The notes: a model not told the origin generated them from the letters alone. A stretch of DNA of 64,000 bases from Balanoglossus misakiensis (GCA_040954595.2 CM082598.2:992001-1056000), one strand, 5' to 3'. Counted from the stretch's first letter, positions 24,201-38,357 are shown. Numbers and translations: made by a program.

Positions 24201-27180
24201 TATGATCCCAGGTCCTTGGTGAGTGTTATTCAATCAGTGTTATTCATATTTCTCTCACGCAACCACAAGTCACCAAATTAATATTAGAAATCTTTAATAA
24301 TTGACTCTGGAACGGTAGTCTCACATGTTGTTTCTGTCCGTGTCATACACATCGCGCCATTGGATATCATCTAGCCCACGTTAATCAAAGAACGATTTGT
24401 CATCCAATAAGCGCTCACATCATAATACAGCTTTTGATTCAGTGAGAGTGTGGGATCGATTTGTTCTCACGCTCTGATCCCACACTCTCAGCATGCCAGG
24501 AGTGTGACAAAATGATTATAGCGGGGTTGACTTACCAAGAACATTCATGCCATCCACCCAGATGATTTTACGTGCCGGTTTGTATCCAACGACATAGGTT
24601 ATTTGTTCTTGTATATATGTGACGTTCGTTCCATTGATGGTTGGAATATAATACAATCCTTCTCTCTCTGTGTCCGTCATGTTAGCAACAGTCGTGTCAT
24701 TAATGGTGATGTTCATATCCTTGGTGGCGTGGATTGGTGCGTCCTCATAGTCAGTCCTCACCTGTTGAATCACAAAACAGTCAAAGCTGTGTTAGTTGCC
24801 ACCTCTATATACAGCCACTTTGTACATTAATTGACCTGTTTATAAAGGCCAGTTTAGGAAAGTCTCTTGACTGGCCACTATAGACGGTTTGCCGTTCGAC
24901 TGACGGACTATAGAAGAATGAATTCTATGAAAACAAATGCCGTTATGTTTTCAAACTGTGATGGCTTGCATCAAGTAGCAGCATCACATGTACCAGACAT
25001 GAAAAGTTAATCTGATAAAAACAAAAGACTTCATTTCTTCATACAGTGAGGGCAAACTGCAGTAAACACATTTACCATGAAAAACACTGAAACTGCAGAA
25101 AACAATTTGGTATTAGACTGATTTCATAAAGTAATCTTTCCTAAACTGGCCTTCAAAGACAGGTGGTTTCAATGGACAGGTCAATTAATGTACAAGAGAC
25201 TTGTGGCCACTAACACAGTTGAAAGTATTTCTACAAACTTTGTTGTAACTATTTTCAGTGCTGCAGACAATTTCTGAGACATGAGCATGAGTAAATGGAC
25301 CCTTGTTGATCAGAACGTTCATGGAAAAACAAATATTAACACTCACCTGTTTGAAGCAAGCTTGTACTAAATTTTCTGGGAACAGGTTTCTGTAAAAGAA
25401 AGATTCATTAAAGTTATATTCCCTGGCTGGCAACACTGCTACAATAATTATCCGAGTCTTGCGAGATTTCACAATGAACGGAAAATCATCTATCAAAAGG
25501 ATCATGTGCTCCAAGTGATTCAAAATTCCAGGACTTTCCGAGAGTTTTCCCGGTGATTTTCCGGGAATTTTTGAGGTCAAAAATACCGGAAAATCACCGG
25601 AAAAACCTGTTGTGTATTTACCTGACCAAATCCAAGAAAGCGTCCAATGTATCCACTTTAGTCTCAGCTCCTTCTTCCACATCCAGTTGTTCCTTCTTCT
25701 CCTGGTCTCCCGGATGAATGGAAACCACCAGAATGATTCCCAGGATAGCAGCAAACAAGGTTGTACAGAAGTAATAAACTAAGGCACGCGTTCCCATTTT
25801 ACCGCTGGATTTAGCATCAAGCTGAGATAGACCTAAAAATCAATCAATCAAAAACATTTATATGGCGCCAATATCCAGAGAACTGTTCAGTGGCGCCCGT
25901 CACATGTCACTTTATGGAAAGGGATGTTGCCTAAATATTCTCAGGTGGTACTAGAATCCCTTTTGAGTGGCCACAAGTCTATTTTCATGATATATTATTG
26001 ACAGGTTGTTTTATACAGCACAACCAATACAAGAGTGTTCAAAACCAACTTAAGGAATGCCATGAAACTATTGCTTGCATGTTGACTAGCATGCAGTCCA
26101 GTTCTTGTCAGTGTGCTGCCACAACTTTCAAGGGGGCTATGACAAAAAGTGTTTCACATGGGCATCAATTGTGGGTTTTGATCACACATTAGAAGTGGCC
26201 ATGTACACTTGAAAGTGGATTGTGGAAGCAAAGTTGGACGATTAGCGCTTTCATCCCCATTTCTTTTTTTGGAGTTCCAACTTCACCCATACAGAACAAT
26301 GGATTTGGACCAAACCATGGCGGCGAAAAAGGTAAATAATACCTGTGATGAGACTGGAAATAATGAGAGGCAGGATCAACATCTTCAGCATCCTCATCAA
26401 CAGATCTCCCGGGAAACCAATGAGTAAGATGGCAGTATCCGATGGGTTGGCGGGACGCAGAGCAAGTCCGAAGATGATACCAAGACATACTCCAATAACA
26501 GTCAGCACTAAGAGGAGATCTTTCTTCACCCAGTCAAGTACCTGTAAATAATGAGAAAGAATGTACATCAGGTTAAGACCACATGGTTTCATTCTCACAC
26601 CAGGAATGAATGACAAGACTGTAGATTCTGCATGCGATCTGTGCCATACAGAATTTTCTTTCCTGAGTAATATGATGTATAAGTGGTGTGGTGTATTCTG
26701 CAGCAATGCATTCATAACCGTACTGGCCTTGTGATTGGCGTTCTGACTGCAATGATTTATAAGGAACAATCTGACACAGCCATTGTTTTTCGAATCTGGA
26801 TGGGAAACCCTAGCGGGGAGAGAAACATGCTTGAAGTGATCACTCCATCCTTCAAATCTGTTCCTCACAATATTATCCTTTCCACTTTGGACTTAACGAC
26901 GTTCTTAAGATAAGGCTGCATGATTACATGTGAAATGATCACCATCCTTCATGTCTGTAGGATATATCCCAGACACTGGTATTTCTCTGTGATTGTGCAT
27001 ATTTCTGTCTCTACTGGAAGCCAGCGATTGAAAGATTATTTGATGGTCATATCCCGCAATCAACAGCTTTAATAAATTCTTTTGGAAGTTTGAGGAATTT
27101 TATTTATCCCAATTTACCTTGACATGCCAAGGATCCTTACTCTGTACATTGTAACTCTCTCTTCCCGATTCGACATCCAT
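21270..27180 (-). CDS. SLC1A2: Excitatory amino acid transporter, SLC1A2/EAAT2 (GLT-1)-like Na+/glutamate symporter; 10 coding exons, 562 aa
   Basis: Exons (all introns GT-AG and phase-compatible): 27180-27118, 26541-26343, 25832-25622, 25389-25347, 24761-24536, 23948-23822, 23396-23163, 22833-22639, 22298-22164, 21525-21270, total 1689 nt. Motifs: [132 protein letters not shown]. An in-frame TAA lies upstream of the ATG within the same exon (acceptor at 27219). Confidence 0.95.
22387..22538. mobile_element. 152-bp TAG...CTA inverted-repeat element in an SLC1A2 intron
   Basis: Termini tagactctcacagccc and gggctgtgagagagtcta. The flanks partly match (agtggaa on both sides), suggesting a decayed target duplication. 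Confidence 0.6.
24086..24515. mobile_element. Intronic repeat relic containing two palindromes (24086-24231 and 24443-24490)
   Basis: caaggacctggg...cccaggtccttg and tgagagtgtgggatc...gatcccacactctca. Confidence 0.5.
26242..26335. mobile_element. ~90-bp mini-element, TTAA-ended family (copy 3), abutting a splice donor
   Basis: Core aacaatggatttggaccaaaccatggcggcgaaaaaggtaa; it ends within a few bp of the donor at 26342. Confidence 0.65.
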
Positions 27181-30100
27181 TTTCTTGCTTTTCTTCTTTC
27201 ACTCTTAAATTCTCAAGTTCTGAAAAGTAAAAAAAATCAAAGACATTCGTTATCACATTTTCATTTCAGAAAAAGATTTAACGATTTTTTTCTGAGAGGT
27301 AACAGAGTCAGTCACATTGATGTTTGTTGATCCAACATTTACGTCATGTTCCGCTGTTATTTCAACTTCAAAGAAACTCAACACAAAAACTCTGTATTTC
27401 GATTATGTTGGAAATAACTCACATTCACTCAATCACATATCTAGAACAACAGTGGGTGGCCAGACTAAGTACGTTATTATTGTCCTTCAGTATTATTTTC
27501 AAAGTAAAGAGATATTGTCTTGATATGCTTTCAAGGGTAAGGTCATTATCTTACAATACTATTTTAACTGTTCTGGTTTATGTCGCGAGAATCACAGATA
27601 ATACTGCTGTGCTTTGTGGAACATGTAAATTGTCTGTCATTAGAGATGTAAAAATAATTCATAATACTATTCTTGTGTCAAGGTGGTTGTATATACCCGT
27701 AGACTTCAATTTATCAGACAACACAGACAGTTATATTTCAGTACAAGAAGATTACCAAGTCTTAGTCAGTCCAGCAAAAAGTAATAATAAAAATCCCAAA
27801 CGTGGATCAAAACTACACCTTGTATTATCAAAAAAATATACTGACTTTTTTTCCTCGGTAAAGAATCAACCACCTGTTTCGGATTTTCCCTTCAATAGCC
27901 GATGTCCGCATCGACTCCCAGTTTCAGCAGAACAAGAATGATGCAATGCCTGCAGACAGTCATATGTTTTCTAATTTCCTTTTTTCTTTGAAGACACTGT
28001 TTACCCAGATAATCAAACACTAACGCACACTCAAGGCAACCAGGTTACAAGATCAGTAACCTTGCAATGTTTATCATCTGAAACACTTAAAATATCATAA
28101 GTCATGCCCTTGTTCAAATAAACTGGCTTCCGGCTGTGACTGCTTCAAAGTTTGGACGTGTAGCTAATAAGCATAATGTTGTTTGATTGACATATTTCAT
28201 CATTTTGCAAAGTCCACCTTTTTGTTAAAGTTCCATCAACACCAAAATAGGTGGCTGCCCGTTAGTCAATCAGAGAAAGTGGCACCTTATTTGACCAGGT
28301 ACAATTCCAGGGGGTGATTTTATTACTGAGATAATTGCTGGGAAATAAGTATAACTTGATAAGTAATGGCTTGCTATTCTGCCAAATTAGCCCTCCCACT
28401 GAATTGTCTAAACGAGACCACAGATTGACCATATCGAGTTCCACATCCAACAAAGAAGGATGTACCTATTCACTGAATTCTAAGTATTTTCTCATCAGGA
28501 TTTCCATTGAAATCCCTGACACAATGGTCTGATACATCCCAGTTGCGGATTTGCATGTAACAGTCTCCACTATTCATTAGAACTTCACAGATTATCACTA
28601 CTTCAAACATTGTTTATAACCACTCCACAACTGTAGTTTTAAACGCTTCACGTACAAACCAACTACTTTCATGATGTTTTCAATAACAAGGTTGAACCAC
28701 ATGCAAAAAGATGGGGGAGGGGAGAGGAGATACATGATGCATGAAATTTTTTCCCCAAGCATTGTCCCTCTAACACTGTCACCAAACAAACTTTTAATTT
28801 AATCTCAATTTTGAGTTTGTTGACGTACACACAGTTTCAGTTATTCAGCTGATCTTGATTTTGAGTTTGTTTTCATAACACAGACTTTTCATTTAAGCCT
28901 GTCTCGATTTCGAGTTTGTTACCGTGACGTAGACAGTTTCATTTCCCTAATCTGTTTTGTACTCTCAAATACATGCACATGCCCTAAATCTTTCACTTAA
29001 ACCCTCTTTGCCCATTCACATACCACTCCAAAAGAGTGAATCAAAGAACTGTTGTCTGCTGTTTAGCATTTCACCTTTTACAAACAAATCGATCACCACT
29101 ATAGACAGGCCATGTCGACTGCAGACAACAACAGTGACTGTACTATTTTTGTAGGCCATCTTACTACTTCAAGTTTATGCAACTTGTTTTAAATCCATAT
29201 CTAAGACAGTGAACATACTTGCTTACAGACATAATCATTGATGTGTTTTTTCCCCCACTTTTATAATTATGATTTTGGAAGCTTGAGAAACAGTCGAAGA
29301 TTGATGCTGGCCTAACTTGGCAAGGGCAGCAACCAACGACCCCATAAAGTACTATGTATTGTCGCTTCCTATAAAGTATGGTGGGATTGTAATAAAATAA
29401 ATACAGCATGTTGACAAACTTAGTCTGATCTCTTCTCTTTTCTCCAATGGTTCAACCCAAAGATTCGAATTGATCAACCCCCAAAAGGGTCCGCACTCAC
29501 ATCAGAAAACAGCCGATGTGAATTTTATCTGTTAATGATGAAATATCGCAAACAGATGTCTCTGATAATTGAATACCTGAGATCCTGTAAGTGTGACAGA
29601 GAGACCTAGTCAAGCATTACTATGAACATGTGTACTACAATGAGAAATCTTTCAGGAACTTAGAACACACACACTGACTCTAGCGAATTTCAAGGAAAAA
29701 GTGAAACATGTTAAACCATTTTCTGAACAACGGACATGACATGTTTACTACCAGAATTGGTATTGTCTAAAGTCAAGGTCCCAAACACTTTAATTTCCTG
29801 TACTTCTAGTTGCTTACTTTAGACATTATTTTGGTGTTTTTTTAGTTTTTTTATCGATTATTGATGTTGTTCTGCTCAATGAAGCATGCTCAATAAAAAG
29901 TTGTCACACTTCGACTCACATGCTCTATATGAACACAACATTATAAATACTTCCATAACAATTTTTGGCCAATACCAGAAATTCATATTTATGTTCATAT
30001 ACAGAGGGTATGAATTGAGTCCTAATAACTGCTAATTAAGCAGATTTCAGGAGCAAAACAACATAACTATCGTATCAAAATAAATGATATCAAAAGTGAA

Positions 30101-30468
30101 CAACTTTGCCCATGTGCAAGTAAACTTCTGCGTCAGTGATGATCAAACAACAAGCTGGTATTCTGTGAAGTTTCAGATGAACATTTTTTGACAGTTGACA
30201 TGATATCTTTCTGTTGGTTCATTACTAGAAGGCCACGAGCAAGCGTCAGGAATTTTAAGATCTCTGTAATCGAATTTCCAAGGACTAGTTTCAAAGTGTA
30301 CAACACTCCCACCAGTTAAAAGCAGTGGTGTCGGATTCCAAAAGTGTTTAGGACACCGCAAAGACAATGAAAAAGTACAAGAGTTATATCACCAATGTGC
30401 CCTTTAAGCCAAGACCACTGTAATCGAATTTCCAAGGACTAGTTTCACAGCGTATTCCCACCAGTAAA

Positions 30469-30608
30469 ACTGACTCAACAAACTCACTGGTGGACTCAAG
30501 AAAACGTCCACGCTACATGCAAAGGTATAGGGCTGACTCAGAGAAATTTGTAGAAATCCTCAAACTGACTCAAAGCTTTTAAAAATTATGTTTGTTAGGG
30601 GGCACACA
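30469..30608. repeat. Dispersed repeat (copy A; copy B at 36171-36299) with clustered TGACTCA motifs
   Basis: ctgactc.acaaactcact...gactcaagaaaa...agggctgactca...agaaatc.tcaaa.tgactcaa...aaaattatgtttgtt...gggcacac is shared by both copies. Confidence 0.8.
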
Positions 30609-32122
30609 GATGCTGGAAAGTTTCCTGAAATAAGTTGTAGCTTCTGAAAAGAATGTTATTTTGCAGGAATTTTATTGTACTATTCACTCGACAATGATTT
30701 TTACATGATAATAACCTTCAAACTTACCCTAACAACTACTTGTGAAAGAAATCACTTTTTTTTTTATAATCCTTGTTTCCCATTCATATGCTATATCATG
30801 ACAGTTATTCAAAGAATAATGCTGTCAGCATTATCAAACTTTTCAAAGTACAATATCTAATTAACGTCATAAATTGCCATGATTAACAATAACCTTTTGT
30901 TAGATCTATACAATTTATCTCAGAGTCAAGTTAAAACTGCGTTTGACATGACCATTCACTTTTATGTTTTATAATGCCAGTTCTATACCAAGTAAGTTTA
31001 CATTGTAGTAAAAATCCACAAGGTATCTCATAGGTGTCAACAAGTTTCAGTCCAAATTCAATTAATTTATGCATGGTCAATGATCATGTACCACTCAATT
31101 ATTCTTGTAATTGTTAAGATATATTCTAATATGCAAATGTCTAGCTTTCTTGCAAATAGGTACTTAGGGCTGGGTCTAATTCATTTACAAGACACATATA
31201 GGTCAAAACAAGGCTTTCATGAGTTGGCATTTTTTTTAAAAAGACACTTTAGGGCAAATTTGGGAACTTGATAACTTTCTGTCCGCATAGTACTTTAGTA
31301 GTCAGTGTGTTGGTTCCTACATTAAAAGTTTCAACTGTCAAAATACCTTATAATTAAGCATGCAGCGGTTTGTATGGGTCTACGCTAACATACTTGACTT
31401 CTCCTGAAGAGTGTATACAACTTTTTTCCCAATGCCCCAAAGCACTACAGGTTGCTATTCATCACCCTCAAATCAGAAACAAGACTGACTTACATTCTCT
31501 GGTGTGAATTCTCCGGCCAAGTTTCCACCTAGCACCGCACGGACAACAACAGCAGCAAGACTAGGATTTCAATCAATCGCGCAAGAGAATGACCTTCACA
31601 GATGAAGGAACAACTACAATGTGGTGAAGACCGGGACTGCTAACTCCAAAGATCAAACCAGCCCACTGTAAACACTTACTCTGACACACACACATCCAGG
31701 CTTAGCATTCTCTATAGTAAAACGCTGCCTTTTGTTATACTAATTATATGCTTACTTTTGAAAGAACTCACCCCTGGGCTTCCTGCAGTTTTACTATGAT
31801 GATTCCCCCACAATTGTATTATAACTGTCCATTCACACCATCTATTGCTATGTAAAACAGGCTGAACCATTATTTTCTCGGGGAATTTAATAAAACAGAT
31901 TTCACAATGAAGAGTCCAAGAGTTTCTTGAACCTCAAGAGAATAGTTACCGGCCTACTTAAAAGAAAGTCTATAGAATTTCAAGCAGTGAACCACATAAG
32001 TTATGCAGTATCACATAGACACAGACTTAAGGCGGAAGGTTTAAACTATGTTTTTCACGTCAAAAACTTCCTGTAACTACAAAGCAATATCTGCAACTTC
32101 TGATGAAGTTTCAGTACTTTGA

Positions 32123-32275
32123 ACAACCTGATAAAAATCAGAAGTAGAGTTGGCTCGATCATTAAATTTGTTGATTCTTTGCTGTTCTGTTCTCAGGGCG
32201 GACATCTGAGAACAGCAATAGAACAAGCAAACCCTAAAATCGAGCCAACTCTACATCTGATTTTAATTAGATTGT
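32123..32275. mobile_element. ~150-bp imperfect palindrome (fold-back, MITE-like)
   Basis: aaaatcagaagtagagttggctcgat pairs with atcgagccaactctacatctgatttt; the inner stem is tgttctcag/ctgagaaca. Confidence 0.7.
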
Positions 32276-33935
32276 ACTTTTTATTGACTGCATCTTCTTG
32301 ATTGACTCACAGTATTCAAGTCATGTACATGTATTGTATGTTCTTGTCTGTTGTCTTGAAAGTGTTTCAGACAGGCGTTATTGATAGAAACGATTCAGAA
32401 ACATTATCAGTACCAACAGAAATTCTACAGGTTGTAAAAAATGAGATACATGCAGCTTACTTGAACAGCGCCCCTACAGTTAGCATCAGAGAATTTATCG
32501 CAATCAACTCATAGAAAGAAAGTTGTGAACGAAATGAGCAAGGTTATGAAAATTCATGTCAAAGTTTAAAAAATACCGAAATGAACACATGTACCAATGC
32601 ACAACCAGAAAAACCATCTATATATTTGACTTGATCAACATCAGACCGAGATGACAATTTCAACTCAGAATGAATTCTGATTATACTGATATTACTGTGC
32701 TCTTAAATTCCAAAGGTATCTCAATTCTTACAGATATCCCAAGACGATTTGAATTTATGCCCCGAAGCATGCATGTTTTTTCGATGTTGGCTGCATTTAA
32801 ACTTAAATTAGTACATACATGAATACTGATTTTGAATGAGCCTGCATTTCCAGGCGCTCTTCAGAAAGCAAATATCAAATTTCACTATTTACACCAGACA
32901 CGTGATTAATCTTGTTTTATTATGACAAACAATGGGAGGTGGTGTGACATCAAAATGTTCAGTTAATCACAAATATCACCACAGCCAGAATTATCACAAC
33001 ATCAAAACTAGCTTGCAGGTATTATTTTCTCGTGTCAAACGAAGATTTATACAGTGGCTACTGGCGTTACTGACTTGTCATGTTAATCATTAACAACTGC
33101 TGTAGGACTGATTCTATGCTCTGTATTCAAAATATTACCAAATGAAAAGTTTAGATGAAAAAATTACTTTTCGTACAACTTAATTGATTCATAATTCTAT
33201 GGGAAAGCACTCTCTCATCTGTGCATGTTTTTACGTAGCAGACACTGGCCCAAATATTAAGGTGATCTGTGTACACTTCTGAACTATATTCATCCTTGTT
33301 TCCATGGCATTGCTATGGATACCCAATCCATTACTAAACCCACAAACACAACATTGTAAGATTTTTCAAAACAGTGCAAAATTGACCATAGCTTAGAGAA
33401 AAGCTCGCATTACTTTGATTCTCTTGTTGAAGTCAGTTTAAAATAAATGTCAAATTCACACAATCCTTTCATTTTGCTGAGAAAGTACATTTTGATAAAA
33501 TTCAAGTTTATATATTAGTGATGCTTCTACAAATAAATTAATTACATCAGTTTGGATATCAATCCATAATGTGATGTAGCTCTTAATTTTCTGAATAATA
33601 AAATCAAAGGTGATATATTTTCCATACTGATTTCTATTTTATTAATTTCCAGATATCAGTGTTTAAAATGTATAATAAACTTTTATAGTCTACCGACAGA
33701 TATGTATTTTGCATCTTCAGTCGCACAGCGGAAAAGACCTTCTGAAAGGTCGGACAGTTTCACTGTACAACCCTGGGAACCAAATTATATATCACAGTGA
33801 TAAAGTTAATGCAACCCAGGTCATTAAAATGTCAATAAATTTTTTCTATCAGTTTGTCTGATTCTATTCTTTCATGTCTCGCTGCCTTGTTGCCAGCTTT
33901 GGAATCTTGTTCTCGCTATATAGCAAATGGTTCAA

Positions 33936-35194
33936 CAGTGATTGGGAAGTCTGAAAACACCAATGTGCCAATGGCCCCATCCCAGCCAAAATGAATGGGC
34001 CATTTTGAACTTCAATGGGACATTCAAAATTTGTAATGAGCCCTACAGTATCGACAAAAAAATCGAATGAAATTTAGATGCAAAATATCATCAGTTCAAA
34101 ATTGTTTATATTGTCATTTACATGTCTATATAACACGTGTTTATCAGTCTCTTCTTTCCATGCAAATGTCTCCAAAGGTATTGGTGTGAAAGTTTTTTTC
34201 CTTCAAGTCGAATCAGCAGGAGTCTCGCAAGCTGTTTCTCAGCTTTGTCACTATTATGTACTATTTAAGCAAAAAAAAGTTTGTTTAGCTTCCTAGGAAA
34301 ATTTCAAAATTGACGTCTTGTTTACATAATGAGGGATTATGAATGATGTAGGTAGTCTAGCTTCAAGAAAATGGTTGCCACGGTACTGGAGTAGCCTGCA
34401 TAGGTCCAAGTTGTGATGTCATTTTATGTAATTTTCATAAAGGAATTGCATTATACTCTATGTGTGCCATGCATATGCAGTCATGTTTATCGAAGTCAGC
34501 GGAAATAGTCAGACATTTTGATGAAGATTTTGCCTGGGTTATACTAAAACCATACTCACTAATTGAAGAACGGCTGTACAGGAACAACTTTGAAAACAAT
34601 GTTTGTTATTTTTCTCACTTGATTGGATAACACAATAGCATGCAAGGCATGCTTTGACTATGTATGCGACATACAACTTTAACATGACTAGCAAAAGTGA
34701 GCAAAAGCGAAGATTTTATGCTTGATAAAATCCACAAATTGATGATGGAAACGACGGTCTTGCTGCTGAAAAGAGATGCCTTCCTTTTATGCTTCTTTTT
34801 GACATCACTACGGCCTCTCAAAATCGACATCACGGGTGTCTGCCATCTACTATCCAGTGTACAAGTATTTTGCAGACGCGTTCGAACGCATGGCATGACC
34901 TCCAACAAAAGTTGCTACATCTTTCGTCAAGTTTAGATAACTTGTTGCGATCGGTACGCTGTGCTGCGTTACTTGTTGCAATTTGTACGTGTTACTATGG
35001 GCACCATAAAATGAGGCTATTTATAGGACGCCTTGATGGCCTCATAGGCGAGGATGCTAAACAAATTTTTTTTTCCTAAGTATTTCGGACTCAAATTTCA
35101 ATGCGCACTTCGGACGCAAAGTAACAAATTTCAATGCGTCACTTTTCAGTTCAATGCGACTATGGCGCAGGGCGCGTTGACTTCCCAATCACTG
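33936..35194. mobile_element. Non-autonomous hAT-like DNA transposon, 1259 bp
   Basis: Perfect 16-bp TIR cagtgattgggaagtc / gacttcccaatcactg, flanked by duplicated gttcaa, with subterminal ttcaatgcg repeats. No recognisable transposase ORF. Confidence 0.85.
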
Positions 35195-36170
35195 GTTCAA
35201 TAATCAATACTTTTATTATTTATTCCTTCTCTGTGGCCGAAACTCCTACCATATAATGAAGAAAATAAACAGGCAACCTAGCCGATAACTCTATCACAGT
35301 GTTACGTCCAAACAGTTAAATGCAAAACTTTAAAGCCTATCTACTGTATAGTGTCCCTGAGCTGGTTAAAAATACAAACAGCTGAAGTCTCTCTCTGTTT
35401 CTCTCTGTCTTTCTCGCTCTCTCTCTTACTCACTCACTCGATCAATCACTGGTTTTATTTTTCTCGCTCTCAAACACAAAACACAAACAATACACACACA
35501 CCATCTCTCTCTCTCTCTTTCTCTATCTCACACACACACACACATACAACTTTGGACAGCATCTTCAATCAATCAAACATCCACACATAAAATTATCATG
35601 CATATAAAAGGAAATATCTTACCTTCAAAAACTTGTGATTTCTCAAGTCTGCGATGAAGATGAATCCACTGCAGCTATACAATGATCTGCGAAGAAAAGG
35701 CAACCCTTGTTCAGTACACAAGTCTTTATAAATTCCATGTCTACAGGAAATTAACACTAAATCTCTTCTCTTCCATCAACGTTTCCATGCAAAAACTTAA
35801 AGCCTGTAATTTCTGGTTGCCTGTGTTGAATTCCACCAGCAAAGCAAGGCAGTGTGGAGTGTCAGACTTACTTTGTATATCTGCGAGTGAATTCTATCAC
35901 TCCTGTACGAACAATCACAGACTTTTTGATCAATGTACCTACGTCCTACACAGTCTAGTAGTAGCACATACAACTGATGGAGTATGTATACACTAGGCCA
36001 TGCTTATTGAGTTTTGTGTTTCTCCACTTTCTCAACACAATATTCATTCTGAATTTATATCTCATTAGAACCAAACTTTGGCCTAAATTCTAATATTTTA
36101 GATAGCAAATCCTTGTGAACACACCTGGTGTGGGGTTTAGTGTTTAATCCGTACATCCCCATTTCTGCGC

Positions 36171-36299
36171 CACTGACTCGACAAACTCACTTGCGACTCA
36201 AGAAAAGTATCCCCACTACAGGGCTGACTCAATTAAATTTCAAGAAATCATCAAATTGACTCAAGCTTTGCAAAATTATGTTTGTTCGAGGGCACACTG
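36171..36299. repeat. Dispersed repeat copy B (ends gggcacactg, a CAGTG-type terminus)
   Basis: Homologous to 30469-30608. Confidence 0.75.
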
Positions 36300-38024
36300 C
36301 AGCTAAGCTATCATTGAGAAAAGTAAGAGAGTTGCGTTTGAATCCAGAAACACTCGACAGAGAACATTTGATCACAACGCAACAACATCAATCAGTTGTC
36401 AAGACGATGCCTAGACTGTTCTATTCCGTCCCCTCTCTGTCTTTTCCACAATCAATCGTCGTCTGAAAATATCATTTCGCCATTAAAGTTTCATTAATAC
36501 TATACTCCCAACACTGAAAAGCTTGTGTGACATAAATTTTGATGATCACTTTTCAATATAAATGATAATCAGGACTTCTGGAGACAAAACCGTCAACAGC
36601 TTCAGGAAATCATGAGTGTGTGAAGTAGTGGTGTCTATAATCTCAAAGTGTGCATAGCATTTGTGCTGCATCTGAAATCTCGAAGACGTATCATTTTCTG
36701 AAGCTCCTGTAAATCTCCCATTGTGGGCTACTTTCTCAGAATGTTTTTTGGGGGGTATCAACTTTGGTTTCTTGTTCTACACTGTAAAACATAAAGATTA
36801 CTGAGTATGTATTTGTTTTTTGTTTTTTTCACAGGATTTTTCAACAAAGCCCCTTTGTAGGAGTAATCAGCATTCACTTCTGAACTAATAATCTAAAATT
36901 GTCTTGAGCAAAATGTGAGAGAAAGCTTAAGACTTATTTTTCGAGGCGCATACAGCCTTAAGACAAGGACGAAGAAAATCAGAACATTTACTATGTTTAC
37001 CCTTGACATTAAACAAAATGATAACATCTTATCTGCCATTATCGTTTCTATGGCAACTACCCATACAGGATATCTTAGTCTCGTAAAATAGCATCTATCT
37101 GCGTTTGATCAGTGTACCACAATTATCAGTTATTTGCGATAACAGCACCAGCAACATAATGTTAATGGTAAACGAAACGAGATACTGTGGTCCTAACAGA
37201 CAATTAAGGAAATCATTTATAAACCAACTGGGAATTGGGAATGCCTTTGACATTAAAAGCGAAAGATAGCCAGCCAGTATCTTTCATACCAAATATTTCA
37301 ATGTTGAGAATAAGCATTGACTGGATAAAACCATTTACTATCAATGACAGCAATGCCAACTTTAACAATACATTTCTCTACACAAAAATCTCTTTTCCTT
37401 CTTTTCAAATTTTTAAATTGATACAAACTTCTGACTTGGTTCTGATGACTTATCAGTCCTATCATTCTGAATTTAAGTTTGAGACAGCTACAGAATCAAA
37501 TACACAATATCTATATTTAGTGATAATATTATGCCTCAACTAGTAAACTATATCTAGCCTAGTAGTTGAAACAGAAACTTACATCTGTAGAAACTCTTTT
37601 CAACAATATCAATTTCTAAATGTATTTGACTTCAAATGTGCAAAGCACAGGAACTAAGATAAGAACATTTCAAGCTGGCGCAAACTCGATAGAGACTGTT
37701 CTATATTCAGGACAGAGTGAACAAAGGTTGACTGTGGGACATGTGAAAGGAAGAGAGCAATGCATGTATAATATGTGCTTGAGAAAGAACATACGGATGT
37801 GTGATAAAAGAAAAGGAAAGTCGTGGATTAGCTGCACCTGCTGGGGTAAAGCAATGTTGACTTCCACTCTTTATATTTGAAGGTTACTCCTGTTGTGTCT
37901 TCATCAGAAATAAAATAACTGTCAACAAAGAGAGGAATCTTTGGCAGGAAAATGATAAACCCACATACTGAGAGAGTAGACAGTCCGTTTTTTGCATTCA
38001 TATAAATCATGAATTTGAGATTTT

Positions 38025-38190
38025 TACTCACTCACTCACCTACTCATTCATTCCATCATTCATTCCATCATTCATTCATTCATTCATTCACCCACTCATT
38101 CATTCATTCATTCATTCATTCATTCATTCATTCACTCACTCATTCATTCATTCATTCATTCATTCATTCATTCATTCATTCACTCACTCG
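38025..38190. repeat. (CATT)n/(CACT)n microsatellite
   Basis: Read directly from the sequence. Confidence 0.95.
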
Positions 38191-38357
38191 TTGCATTACA
38201 ATGGTGCACATCCTTATATAAGAAAAGTTCAAATCCCATCCCCCAAAAACTAACACAAAATTATTCAAAATAATGATAGAAATTGTGAGAAACTTCAATT
38301 ATCTTTCAAAGTCACAAATAAAGATGCAGATACTCAAAGATAACAATTGTATTGGTT

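Noticed and set aside
27324-27941. 205-aa plus-strand ORF
   Set aside because: It has a non-ATG start, no recognisable domain, and lies antisense in the SLC1A2 upstream intron.
31529-31552. REST/NRSE-like site (agcaccgcacggacaac)
   Set aside because: The spacing is wrong and both half-sites are mismatched.
34615-35079. ORFs inside the hAT-like element as a transposase
   Set aside because: They are short and show no BED finger, DDE or hAT dimerisation motif.
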